A DNA stretch of 46,668 nt, from the NCBI GenBank assembly GCA_964605455.1, contig CAZSCZ010000001.1, positions 1-46,668 on the forward strand. The letters are read 5' to 3'. The translations under genes were made by a program, and so were the position numbers. Each line of letters starts with the position of its first letter. The first letter of the stretch is position 1. Shown here piece after piece: positions 8,226 to 18,142 of the stretch. The stretch is from an uncultured Spirochaetia bacterium. Lineage in GTDB: Bacteria; Spirochaetota; JAHITG01; JAFGFC01. The notes beneath the pieces were generated by a model, which searched no databases, was not told the DNA's origin, and saw only the letters and a list, made by a program, of their open reading frames with translations.

Positions 8226-9683
8226 TTATGTTATTATTTTTAAATATACTTGGAGATAATCTCCAGCTGATTTTTTCCAGGAGAAATCTTGTTTCATTCC
8301 ATTTTTTTGAATTTTTCGCCATTCTGATTTTTTGTTATATAGGCTAATAGCTTTATATATTGTATCAGTTAATGCATTGGATGTATGTTCATAAAATACA
8401 AATCCTGTGCCTTTTTTGTTATCTTTATTGTAATCAATAATAGTATCAGCTAATCCCCCTGTGTAATATACAATTGGGACGGTCCCATATTTTAGTGAAT
8501 ATAATTGATTTAAGCCACAGGGTTCAGAGATAGATGGCATTAAAAGAATATCACCACCTGCCTGCATTTTATGTGCCATCTCTTCATCAAATTTTAAGAA
8601 TAACTTAAAGTTTTTGTATTTTCTTTCTAAAGCAGAAAGCTTTGCTTCTATAGTAGGTTCACCGTTACCTAATATAATTAAATTAACATTCATTTTTAAA
8701 ATGTTATCCAGTGCAGGTATCAGTATATCTAACCCTTTTATAGCAACTAATCTTGAAATCATTATTAATAAAGGTTTTTGGATACCCTTAAGATTTGCTA
8801 ATTTAAGCAACTCTTTCTTACATAACAATTTATTGCTTAGAGAAGATGAATCATAATTTTTTTTAATATATTTGTCTTTAGCAGGATCCCATATATCATA
8901 ATCAACCCCATTAAGGATTCCGAAAAACTTATCTGCTTTTGCTCTCAATTGAAATGTTAATCCCTTACTTATGTCTTCTTTTTCCAGTAATTCTTTTTTG
9001 TAAGTCTCAGAGACAGTGCTGATAGCATCACTAAAAATTAAAGCAGCCTTCAATAAATTTATTTTTCCATAAAATTCCATTTTGTCAATTGTAAAATGTT
9101 CCCATCCTAAATCTAATTTGTAGTATTCATTAATATTAAAAATTCCCTGATAACCAAAATTATGAATAGTGAATAAAGTTTTTATATTCTTTAATATAGG
9201 GTCATTAGAATAGATTAATTTTAAATATACAGGTATCAAGGCAGTTTGCCAGTCATGACAATGGATTAATTTCACATTCCATTCTTTCATTAAAATAAAA
9301 TTTAAAATTGATTTGTTAAAAAGGACAAATCGTTCAAGATTATCTGGATAATCTGAGCCATTTTCAGAATATAGGTGGTCTCTAAAAAAATATTCGTCAT
9401 TTTTGACTAAATACACAGAAATATTAGAGTCCTGTAATGTTGTTTGAAAAAAATTACTCTCTTTAAAAAAGGAATTAATTCGCACTATTGTTTTTAGGTT
9501 CAAATTTTTTATTTTTATATTTTTTTTGCTTTGAATATGTTTATAAAAAGGTAAGAAGATAGAGATATTTAAGCCATATTTTGATAGTTCTTTTGAAAGA
9601 GCACTAACTACATCAGCCATTCCACCTGTTTTTGCAAATGGCTCGCATTCAGAAGAAGCAAATATTACTGCGAATTTTTCCAT
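8226..9683 (-). CDS. glgA: Glycogen synthase (ADP-glucose type, GT5)
   Basis: EPFAKTGGMADVV N-terminal motif, the length, and a C-terminal PSISEPCGLNQLYSLKYGTVP motif. Confidence 0.92.
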   Translation of the reverse strand: MEKFAVIFASSECEPFAKTGGMADVVSALSKELSKYGLNISIFLPFYKHIQSKKNIKIKNLNLKTIVRINSFFKESNFFQTTLQDSNISVYLVKNDEYFFRDHLYSENGSDYPDNLERFVLFNKSILNFILMKEWNVKLIHCHDWQTALIPVYLKLIYSNDPILKNIKTLFTIHNFGYQGIFNINEYYKLDLGWEHFTIDKMEFYGKINLLKAALIFSDAISTVSETYKKELLEKEDISKGLTFQLRAKADKFFGILNGVDYDIWDPAKDKYIKKNYDSSSLSNKLLCKKELLKLANLKGIQKPLLIMISRLVAIKGLDILIPALDNILKMNVNLIILGNGEPTIEAKLSALERKYKNFKLFLKFDEEMAHKMQAGGDILLMPSISEPCGLNQLYSLKYGTVPIVYYTGGLADTIIDYNKDNKKGTGFVFYEHTSNALTDTIYKAISLYNKKSEWRKIQKNGMKQDFSWKKSAGDYLQVYLKIIT

Positions 9684-10933
9684 TTGTTTGGTATCACCTT
9701 TTCTTTAAATTTATAACCCTTGGGTATTACAATTATTCCATTTTTTGATATATAAAACTTTTTTTTATCTTCTTCAAGATTATATCCTATTTCTATGCCA
9801 TCAGGAATTTTTACATATTTATCTACAATTACTCTTCGCAATTTTGCATATCTCCCTATTTCCACTCCATTAAAAATAATACTGGATTCAACATAAGCAT
9901 AGGAATGGATAAAAACATTTTGAAATATTACAGAATTTCTAATAGTAGCGCCACTGATTATTGTTCCTTCACCTACAACGCTGTTATAAGCTGCACCTTT
10001 TCTTTCAGGATTTTCCTCATCGTGAACAAATTTGGCTGGTGGATAATTGCAACGAACCGTTTTTATTGGCCAATGAGGATTATATAAATTAAATATAGGA
10101 ACTATTGAGCATAGGTCCATATTGGCTTCATAAAAGGAGTCAATGTCACCTATATCTTTCCAATAGCCAACTTCTTTTTCTGTTAAACCTGGAATTCTAT
10201 TTTGTAGAAAATTGTAAGCATAAATTTTATAATGTTTATAAACCTTTGGGATAATATCTTTAGCAAAGTCATGAGATGACTCATTGGAGTTTCCATCATT
10301 TTTAATAATTTTTATAAGAAATCTTTTATTAAAAATATAAATACCCATTGAAGCAAGGCAATGGTCTGGCATACTTGGAATTGTTGGTGGATCTTTAGTA
10401 GGTTTTTCAACAAATCCTGTTACTTTCCAATTTGAGTCAACTTCAAGAATACCAAATTTGTGTGCCCTTGATTTATGGATTGGTATCACAGAGATAGTCA
10501 TATCCGCTTTTTTCTTTTTATGATACTTAAAGAAGCAATTTACATTCATCTTGTAAATGTGGTCTCCACTAAATACCATTATGTATTTAGGGTTCTCATC
10601 ATATATTAAATTAAGATTTTGAAATACTGCATCTGCGGTTCCCCGATACCACATCTCACCCATTCTCATTTGTGCTGGAACAATATCCAGATATTGACCC
10701 ACTGCTGGACTTAATAAATGTAATTGCGAAATGTGTCTGATTAGTGAATCTGCTTTGAATTGGGTTAAAATTTTTATTTGATAAAATCCAGAATTAATTA
10801 GATTACTAATAACAAAATCAATAATTCTATATTTACCACCAAATGGCACAGCTGGCTTTGCCCTATCTTTTGTTAAAGGGTATAATCTTTCACCTCTGCC
10901 CCCTGCTAAAATAAATACCAGCACTTTATCCAT
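9665..10933 (-). CDS. glgC: Glucose-1-phosphate adenylyltransferase
   Basis: ILAGGRGERLYPLTKDRAKPAVPFGGKYRIIDF plus a C-terminal left-handed beta-helix region. It overlaps glgA by 19 nt. Confidence 0.92.
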   Translation of the reverse strand: MDKVLVFILAGGRGERLYPLTKDRAKPAVPFGGKYRIIDFVISNLINSGFYQIKILTQFKADSLIRHISQLHLLSPAVGQYLDIVPAQMRMGEMWYRGTADAVFQNLNLIYDENPKYIMVFSGDHIYKMNVNCFFKYHKKKKADMTISVIPIHKSRAHKFGILEVDSNWKVTGFVEKPTKDPPTIPSMPDHCLASMGIYIFNKRFLIKIIKNDGNSNESSHDFAKDIIPKVYKHYKIYAYNFLQNRIPGLTEKEVGYWKDIGDIDSFYEANMDLCSIVPIFNLYNPHWPIKTVRCNYPPAKFVHDEENPERKGAAYNSVVGEGTIISGATIRNSVIFQNVFIHSYAYVESSIIFNGVEIGRYAKLRRVIVDKYVKIPDGIEIGYNLEEDKKKFYISKNGIIVIPKGYKFKEKVIPNKWKNSQ

Positions 10934-10991
10934 AATTGCACACCAATTTAAGCATTTTTAAATTCCTTTAATAAATATTAGAATTAGTCGC

Positions 10992-11801
10992 TTATTTCTT
11001 AAAAAATATATTAGAGCCAGAAATAGGACCTAATGAAGATATAAGGTCCATTTTCCATTGATACTTTAAATGCTTTTTTAAATGTTTTCTTATCTCAAGT
11101 GTAAGCGGTTTGTCAATATCTATGTATGCCCATATCTGGTCTAAATTGTCTGACATTTTATCGCGTGGCGTCTTTATTACATTAGAACTTAATATCTCAA
11201 TAAAATTGTTATTAAAATCTTTAAAGCCTAATTTTACAACAAATTTACTTTCAGGTCTATTAATGTTAATAAACCAGTTCCCTTTAAAACTGTTTATTTT
11301 AATTTCATTTAGACAATTAATGTTTCCTTCATTGGTAATTTCATAAACTTTCAGAAATAACCTGTCTGGGTTAATAATTTCACTACCGTATTTTTTAATT
11401 AAATCATTTCTCACTTCTTCTTTTATTTCCCAATAGGCATAAATCCAATAGGGATTTACAACTAAAAAACCTAACTTATGAAAGTTATAACTATATGGTA
11501 ATTCATATGTTATGTTTTTTAGAAATTTATAATCAGGCAATGGATGATATTTTTCTATATCATCTCTGATAGGAGGTTCAGAGATCTTATGCTCCTCAAC
11601 TTTAATTTCTTGTTTTTTAATCTTTCTTTTTTTTGTCTCCTTAAGCTTAATTGTTTTTTTCGTCCTTTTAGAGGTTGCTTTCTTTTTTTTCTTTAACAGT
11701 TTGATGAGTTCTTCTTTTTTCGCATTAGAGGGATATTTTATATCCCTTTGCTCAAGTAATTTTTTTAATTCTTTTTTGGTTAACTTAGAATAAATATTCA
11801 T
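10992..11801 (-). CDS. DUF4912 protein with an N-terminal Rho_N/SAP-like helix and a Lys-rich linker
   Basis: LTKKELKKLLEQRDIKYPSNAKKEELIKLLKK (Rho_N-like), then VVNPYWIYAYWEI, which is typical of the start of DUF4912. GGAGG lies 9 nt upstream of the ATG. Confidence 0.7.
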   Translation of the reverse strand: MNIYSKLTKKELKKLLEQRDIKYPSNAKKEELIKLLKKKKKATSKRTKKTIKLKETKKRKIKKQEIKVEEHKISEPPIRDDIEKYHPLPDYKFLKNITYELPYSYNFHKLGFLVVNPYWIYAYWEIKEEVRNDLIKKYGSEIINPDRLFLKVYEITNEGNINCLNEIKINSFKGNWFININRPESKFVVKLGFKDFNNNFIEILSSNVIKTPRDKMSDNLDQIWAYIDIDKPLTLEIRKHLKKHLKYQWKMDLISSLGPISGSNIFFKK

Positions 11802-12202
11802 TATATTCTACCTCCATTTTTATTATAATGGCGGTGTAAAATAAAATTAGGCTGATTTTGTATTGTTGTATTATTAATTGAGATATTGACAAAAGCGTCA
11901 AATATTGTGAAGTATTTTAATATTATTATTAAATTACTTGCTTCCATCGGATTATCTAAAACCTTGATGAAAGGATACAGATTTTAAATTAAAACTTTTT
12001 AAAATATGTTTCATTATATCTCCTTTTTTGCGTTAAAATATTTATAAATAAATTATTTGTCAAGAAAAAAAGTTTATTTTTTAGAATTTTTTTGTTGTAT
12101 ATGCTTAACCATATTTATATAAACTCTAAAAGCTTAAATATCTTAAAGATAATATACAAGAAATTTTTCTTTAATTTATTTAAAATTTTTTTAATTTTTT
12201 AC

Positions 12203-12231
12203 TTGACTTTTGGATTTAAGTGGTATATAAT
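12203..12231 (+). promoter_or_regulatory. dcw (mraZ) promoter TTGACT-17-TATAAT, overlapped by 10-bp-periodic AGTGG-like boxes (12219-12253)
   Basis: The hexamers are exact. AGTGG occurs at 12219 and 12239 and AGTAG at 12249, which is the phasing expected for MraZ operator repeats. Confidence 0.6.
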
Positions 12232-12269
12232 GTATAATAGTGGAAATAAGTAGAAAGTAAAGGGAATAG

Positions 12270-12725
12270 ATGTTTAAAGGAACTTTTTTTCATACATTAG
12301 ATGAGAAAGGCAGAATTGCGATACCTAATAAATTAAGGCAGCAAATAGAGAAACCAGCGGATGAGGAGGTTCTTATTGTAACACAAGGTTTTGAAAGATG
12401 CTTATTTGCTTATCCACCTTCTACGTGGTGTGAGATAGAAAAAAGAGCTAAAGAATACTCAAAGATTTCACTTACAAATCGCACAGCGAGATATTTTATA
12501 AGATTTTTTATAGAGCCTGCTGCAGAATGTGTGCTTGATAAGCTGGGCAGGATTATGGTGCCGCAGAATCTAAGAGAATATGCAAAAATTAGAAAGGAGG
12601 TGGTAATATCAGGAGCTGTTGATAAAATAGAGATATGGTCAAAGGAAGAATGGGAAAAATTTAATAAAGGTTTGTCCGAGAGAGAAGATGAATTCATAGA
12701 GAATTTAAAGAATATTGGACTATAA
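12270..12725 (+). CDS. mraZ: Transcriptional regulator MraZ
   Basis: MFKGTFFHTLDEKGRIAIP... and two SpoVT/AbrB-like repeats. It is the first gene of the dcw cluster. Confidence 0.95.
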   Translation: MFKGTFFHTLDEKGRIAIPNKLRQQIEKPADEEVLIVTQGFERCLFAYPPSTWCEIEKRAKEYSKISLTNRTARYFIRFFIEPAAECVLDKLGRIMVPQNLREYAKIRKEVVISGAVDKIEIWSKEEWEKFNKGLSEREDEFIENLKNIGL

Positions 12726-12746
12726 TTGGGAGGGGTATTTAAATAT

Positions 12747-13652
12747 ATGTATTATCACCAGCCGGTTATGCCGGATCTGGTTTTAAAGTATCTCAATGTG
12801 GCTGCCGATAAAGTGTATGTAGATTGTACACTTGGAGAGGGTGGCCACAGTGAATTTATTTTAAAAAATTACAGAATAAAATTATTAATTGGGATTGAAC
12901 AAGATAGTGAACTTATTGCGATTGCTAAAGAGAGATTGAAAATTTACGAGAATGTGATATTTATTAATGGAAATTTTAAAGATTTGGATAGGCTCCTTGA
13001 AAAAATAGGAATTGAGCGAGTAGATGGGATTCTTTTTGATTTAGGGATTTCAATGTATCACATCAAAAAGAGTGAGAAAGGCTTTTCATTTCAACAGGAA
13101 TTACCACTTGATATGAGGCTCTCATCAAAAGGCGAGAGTGCAAAGGATATTGTGAATTATTACTCAGAGCAAGCACTTTCCAAAATAATTTGGACTTATG
13201 GAGAGGAGAGATTTGCGCAGAGAATTGCTCGGTTTATAGTGAACCACAGAGAAAAAGAACCTATCCGAACAACCAGACAGTTAGCAGAGATAATTAAGAA
13301 AGCGGTACCCAGCAGATATTGGCAAAAGAGACTTCACCCAGCAACACGGACATTTCAAGCATTAAGAATTGTTGTTAACAATGAGCTTTCAAATTTGGAG
13401 ATTGGAGTTAAGAAAGCAATAGAAATGTTATCACTTTATGGAAGGATATGTGTTATAAGTTATCATTCACTTGAAGACAGAATTGTAAAGCAACAATTTA
13501 AATTTTACGAATATAGAAAAGATGGCACTGAAGGGAGTATTAAGATATTAACAAAGAAACCTGTAAAGCCATCAGATGAGGAAATAAAAAAAAATAGAAG
13601 TGCAAGGAGCGCGAAATTAAGAGCAGCTGAAAAAATAAAACGGGAGGGATGA
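12747..13652 (+). CDS. rsmH: 16S rRNA (cytosine1402-N4)-methyltransferase RsmH
   Basis: HQPVM...DCTLGEGGHS...FDLGISMYH motifs. I prefer the ATG at 12747 (GGAGG upstream) over the TTG at 12726 used in the track. Confidence 0.9.
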   Translation: MYYHQPVMPDLVLKYLNVAADKVYVDCTLGEGGHSEFILKNYRIKLLIGIEQDSELIAIAKERLKIYENVIFINGNFKDLDRLLEKIGIERVDGILFDLGISMYHIKKSEKGFSFQQELPLDMRLSSKGESAKDIVNYYSEQALSKIIWTYGEERFAQRIARFIVNHREKEPIRTTRQLAEIIKKAVPSRYWQKRLHPATRTFQALRIVVNNELSNLEIGVKKAIEMLSLYGRICVISYHSLEDRIVKQQFKFYEYRKDGTEGSIKILTKKPVKPSDEEIKKNRSARSAKLRAAEKIKREG

Positions 13653-13664
13653 AAGGGGTATGAG

Positions 13665-13979
13665 ATGTTTTTTGGTGAGGATTTTAAAGAAAACAAGGAT
13701 GTATATAGAATTTTTTTTAGATATTTATTATGGACACTATTATTTTTATGCTTAACATTTATGTATATGTGGCAAAATATTAAAGTTGCTGATTTAGAAT
13801 ATAAAGCGCGAAAGTTAGAGAAAGAGATGATTATATTAAAGAGGCAAAAAAAGAAACTTGAGACAGAAATTTCTTTTTTATCATCACCTGAACGGATTGG
13901 TGAAATAGCTGTAAAAAGGTTAGGGCTTGTGCCTGTACAAGAAAGAGATATCATATGGATTGCAAGCTGTGAGAAATAG
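13665..13979 (+). CDS. ftsL: Cell division protein FtsL
   Basis: 104 aa with a single TM segment, a coiled coil and a SSPERIGEIAVKRLGL tail. It sits in the canonical position after rsmH. Confidence 0.8.
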   Translation: MFFGEDFKENKDVYRIFFRYLLWTLLFLCLTFMYMWQNIKVADLEYKARKLEKEMIILKRQKKKLETEISFLSSPERIGEIAVKRLGLVPVQERDIIWIASCEK

Positions 13980-14005
13980 CTCAAATAATTATTTGGGAGG
14001 GGAAT

Positions 14006-15514
14006 TTGAAATTAAAATATTTGGCAAGATGTTATGGACTTAAAATTAGAAGAGAATTTCAGGAATTGGAAATTAAAGGACTTGCATATAATTCAAAGGA
14101 TGTCAAGAAAGATTATCTATTTGTTGCTATAAAAGGATATAGAACAGATGGACATAATTTTATAGATGATGCAATAGAGCGCGGGGCTGGGGCTGTAGCT
14201 GTTGAGTCACATTTTAAATGGGACTTTGATTATATACAAAAAGCTAACAAGAAAATTCCTATATTATTTACAAAAAATAATCGTATATTTCTATCAAAGG
14301 CTACTGCATTTTTTTATAACAATCCTTCTCTTAAATTAAATCTTATTGGAATTACAGGGACAAATGGAAAAACTACAACCAGTTATCTTATAGAACATAT
14401 TTTAAAATCAGCTGGATATAAAACAGGATTGATTGGAACTATAAATTATAAGATAGGTAATAAAAGATATCCTGCACCTACTACTACTCCTGAATCGCTT
14501 GATTTACATAAATTGCTTTCAAAAATGGTGGACTCTGAAGTTAAGTATGTCCCAATAGAAGTGTCATCTCATTCACTCAAATTGCACAGAGTAGATAATT
14601 GTCACTTTAAAATTGCGATTTTTACTAATATTTCTGAGGACCATTTTGATTTTCATAAAAATTATAAAGATTATTTTGAATCAAAAGCAAAACTTTTTGA
14701 AATACTATCTAAAAGTAAAATCAGGAGTAAATTTGGAATTATAAATATAGATGATAAGTGGGGAAAGTTACTTTATGATAAGTTTAAATGCAAAAACAAA
14801 ATTTTCACTTGTGGGATTAAAGAAAAAGCAGATTTTACTGCTGAAAATATAAATCTTTCTTTAACAAAAACAAATTTTGATATAAAATACAAAAATAAAA
14901 CTTTTAAAATAGAGACATCTATAATCGGTAAATTTAATATTTATAATATTCTTGCATCTTTTGCAGCTGCTATATTACTTAACATTGATACTGTTTCTAT
15001 TGTAAACTCTATAAGAAAGTTCAAGACACCCGCAGGTAGAATGGAGATAATTAAAGCAAAGGATTTTTATATATGCATAGATTATGCACATACGGATGAT
15101 GCAATAAAGAATGTTTTAAATTCATTAAAACAGGTTACTAAAGGTAGAATAATTACAATATTTGGATGTGGTGGAGACAGGGATAGAAGAAAGCGTCCTA
15201 AAATGGGTGAAGTTGCAGCGAAGTTAAGTGATATTGTTATTGTTACATCAGATAATCCCCGGACAGAAGACCCTGAGAAAATAATTAATGAAATTGAGAA
15301 AGGGATATTAAAGATTAGAACTAATAATTATTATCGCATAAGTGATAGGAGAGCAGCAATAGAGAAAGGGATTTCATTAGCAAAGCCTTCAGATTTTGTA
15401 TTAATTGCAGGCAAAGGGCATGAAGATTACCAGATAATTGGGACAAACAAAATTCATTTTAGTGACAAAGAAGTTGTAAGAGAAATTTTAAAATCAGGAG
15501 AGAAAAATGCTTAA
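14006..15514 (+). CDS. murE: UDP-N-acetylmuramoyl-L-alanyl-D-glutamate--2,6-diaminopimelate ligase
   Basis: GITGTNGKTTT P-loop and a DNPRTEDP motif (meso-DAP type). TTG start 5 nt after GGGAGGGG. Confidence 0.93.
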   Translation: MKLKYLARCYGLKIRREFQELEIKGLAYNSKDVKKDYLFVAIKGYRTDGHNFIDDAIERGAGAVAVESHFKWDFDYIQKANKKIPILFTKNNRIFLSKATAFFYNNPSLKLNLIGITGTNGKTTTSYLIEHILKSAGYKTGLIGTINYKIGNKRYPAPTTTPESLDLHKLLSKMVDSEVKYVPIEVSSHSLKLHRVDNCHFKIAIFTNISEDHFDFHKNYKDYFESKAKLFEILSKSKIRSKFGIINIDDKWGKLLYDKFKCKNKIFTCGIKEKADFTAENINLSLTKTNFDIKYKNKTFKIETSIIGKFNIYNILASFAAAILLNIDTVSIVNSIRKFKTPAGRMEIIKAKDFYICIDYAHTDDAIKNVLNSLKQVTKGRIITIFGCGGDRDRRKRPKMGEVAAKLSDIVIVTSDNPRTEDPEKIINEIEKGILKIRTNNYYRISDRRAAIEKGISLAKPSDFVLIAGKGHEDYQIIGTNKIHFSDKEVVREILKSGEKNA

Positions 15515-16916
15515 TATTTCAGGGACTGAAATATTAGAAATTACTAATGGAAAATTAGTAAAAGGCAATATTAATTTTATAGTTAATAGTATTTCTCTGG
15601 ATACTCGGACAATGAAAAAGGCAGATTTTTTTATTCCACTTGAAGGTGAAAGATTTGATGGGCATATGTTTATCCCAGATGCATATAAAAAAGGTGCTAT
15701 TGGTGTTTTATGTGAAATTGATAAACTTACAAAAGTAAAATCCGCATTTAAAAGTAAAGGATTTAATGATATTCCTGATGATTTGCCATTAATAAGAGTA
15801 GAAGATACTTTAAGAAGTCTGGGTTATATTGCAGGATTTTATAGAAGAAGGTTTAAAATTAGAGCAATTGCAATTACAGGGAGCAATGGTAAGACTACAA
15901 CAAAAGAGCTTATATATAGTCTATTATTAACAAAATATAATAAAAAAGAGATTTTATATACAGAGAAAAATTTTAATAATGAAATAGGTGTGCCACAAAC
16001 AATATTCAAATTGACCCCTCAGATTAAAATATTTGTAGCAGAACTTGGGATAAATCATATAGGAGAGATGCAGAGACTTGCTGCAATGGTTAGCCCACAT
16101 ATAGGGGTTATTACAAACATTGGTGATACACATCTTGAATTTCTTAAAAATAATAAAATTGTAGCAAAAGCCAAAGCAGAATTAATTCCATATATTAAAG
16201 AACTTTTAATTATAAATTTTGATGATACTTATTATAATTATTTTTTAAATCTTGCTCGGACACCTGTAAAGGCTTTTTCACTCAATACTAATATTAATTT
16301 GGAGAATGTTAATCATTTTGATGAATATAAAGATTTAGGTCTTAATGGATTTGATATTATTTATAAAGGCGAAAGATTTAAATACCATCTTGTTGGCGAG
16401 CATAATCTTTATAATTTATTAGCTGCATTAACAGTAGTAAATGAGTTTGACATTCCTATTAAAAAAGCCAAAAAAGTTATTGAAAATTTCAAACCCGTAG
16501 TAAATAGAGGAAATATAATTAGACGAAAAAATTATATTATTTATTTTGATGCATATAATGCAAATCCAAGCTCAACAAAAGCAATGCTTTATTTTATTCA
16601 TAATTTAGATATTCCTAAAAAAATAGCAATTCTTGGTGATATGATGGAACTTGGTAAAAAAGCAATGAAGTATCATACAGAAGTTTTACAATATGCGGAA
16701 AATCTAAATATTAATAGAATTTTGACATTTGGTGATATTTACAAGGCTGTATATCGTGAGAGAAATGTAGATAAAGATAAGATAGAAGCATTTACTGATT
16801 TAAATAAAATAGCTGAGCGAGCAAAAGAATTGATAAAAGAATATGGACCAGAGCTTATAATCTTAATTAAAGGTTCACGCAAGATGGAAATGGAACGATT
16901 TTTAAATAGAATTTAG
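15507..16916 (+). CDS. murF: UDP-MurNAc-tripeptide--D-alanyl-D-alanine ligase
   Basis: ITGSNGKTTTKE and DAYNANPSS motifs. It overlaps murE by 8 nt. Confidence 0.93.
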   Translation: MLNISGTEILEITNGKLVKGNINFIVNSISLDTRTMKKADFFIPLEGERFDGHMFIPDAYKKGAIGVLCEIDKLTKVKSAFKSKGFNDIPDDLPLIRVEDTLRSLGYIAGFYRRRFKIRAIAITGSNGKTTTKELIYSLLLTKYNKKEILYTEKNFNNEIGVPQTIFKLTPQIKIFVAELGINHIGEMQRLAAMVSPHIGVITNIGDTHLEFLKNNKIVAKAKAELIPYIKELLIINFDDTYYNYFLNLARTPVKAFSLNTNINLENVNHFDEYKDLGLNGFDIIYKGERFKYHLVGEHNLYNLLAALTVVNEFDIPIKKAKKVIENFKPVVNRGNIIRRKNYIIYFDAYNANPSSTKAMLYFIHNLDIPKKIAILGDMMELGKKAMKYHTEVLQYAENLNINRILTFGDIYKAVYRERNVDKDKIEAFTDLNKIAERAKELIKEYGPELIILIKGSRKMEMERFLNRI

Positions 16917-16927
16917 AGGAGGTGCAG

Positions 16928-18016
16928 ATGTTATATCATTTATTATATCCATTAAAAGAGATATTTTTTGGTTTTAATCTTTTTAAATATATAACATTTC
17001 GTGCTGCTTATGCTACACTTACTTCTCTTATAATAAGCTTTATTATTGGTAAAAAGATAATAAGATGGCTTAGAGATAAAAAATTTGGAGAAACTATAAG
17101 AGAAGATACACCTACACGGCACAGGCAGAAGGAAGGGACCCCCTCAATGGGTGGGATAATAATTCTTATTTCTGCTTTTATTTCTATACTTTTATGGGCA
17201 AGACTTGATAATATTTACATTTATCTTTTTTTGTTTGTTACTTTTGCTTTTGGAACTTTAGGGTTTATTGATGATTACATAAAAATTAAGAAGATAAATA
17301 AAAAAGGCCTCCAAATTAGAGTGAAATTTCTTGGTGAAGTAATTATAAGTTTTGTAATTTTACTTGTTTTTTATTATTTAATCAAAGGTAGTGATGTTAA
17401 AACAAAACTTTTTGTTCCATTTTTACATTTTCCTATAATGGATATGGGAATATTTTATATTTTTTTTGGTACGATAATTCTTTTAGCTTCATCAAATGCG
17501 GTAAATTTAACAGATGGACTTGATGGGCTTGCGATTGGATGCTCTTTATTAACAATTTCTGCATTTACAGCTTTAGCATATCTTTCAGGTCATATAAAAA
17601 TTGCCCAATATTTAAAAATACCATATATTCAAGGTAGTGGTGAGTTAAGTATATTTGGAGCTGCCTTTATTGGCGCATCATTAGGGTTTTTATGGTATAA
17701 TGCACATCCTGCTGAAATTTTTATGGGTGATACAGGTGCACTTTCTTTGGGTGCTCTTATAGGTATTTTTTCTATCGTTTTGAAGAAAGAAATTTTACTT
17801 CTAATCCTTGGTGGAATTTTTGTAATAGAAGCATTATCTGTAATTATTCAAGTTATTTCATTTAAACTTACAGGTAAAAGAGTTTTTAAAATGGCTCCAT
17901 TGCATCATCATTATGAATTACTTGGGCTTGCTGAATCTAAGATTATAATAAGATTTTGGATTGTTGGACTTATATTTACTCTTGTTGGTTTGAGTATAGG
18001 ATTGAAGATTAGATAG
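16928..18016 (+). CDS. mraY: Phospho-N-acetylmuramoyl-pentapeptide transferase
   Basis: GTPSMGG, NAVNLTDGLDGLA and MGDTGALSLG motifs. The ATG at 16928 lies 5 nt after AGGAGG, whereas the track uses the GTG at 16922. Confidence 0.95.
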   Translation: MLYHLLYPLKEIFFGFNLFKYITFRAAYATLTSLIISFIIGKKIIRWLRDKKFGETIREDTPTRHRQKEGTPSMGGIIILISAFISILLWARLDNIYIYLFLFVTFAFGTLGFIDDYIKIKKINKKGLQIRVKFLGEVIISFVILLVFYYLIKGSDVKTKLFVPFLHFPIMDMGIFYIFFGTIILLASSNAVNLTDGLDGLAIGCSLLTISAFTALAYLSGHIKIAQYLKIPYIQGSGELSIFGAAFIGASLGFLWYNAHPAEIFMGDTGALSLGALIGIFSIVLKKEILLLILGGIFVIEALSVIIQVISFKLTGKRVFKMAPLHHHYELLGLAESKIIIRFWIVGLIFTLVGLSIGLKIR

Positions 18017-18142
18017 AGGAAAAGTAGAAAAAAGTAGCATCTGAAAAGTTAAATATGAACTAAAAAGAGATAATAATTTTTTGTTTTTTTTAAAAAAACT
18101 GAAATATTACGATGCCAAAATTATATGTAGGAGTGTAGAATT

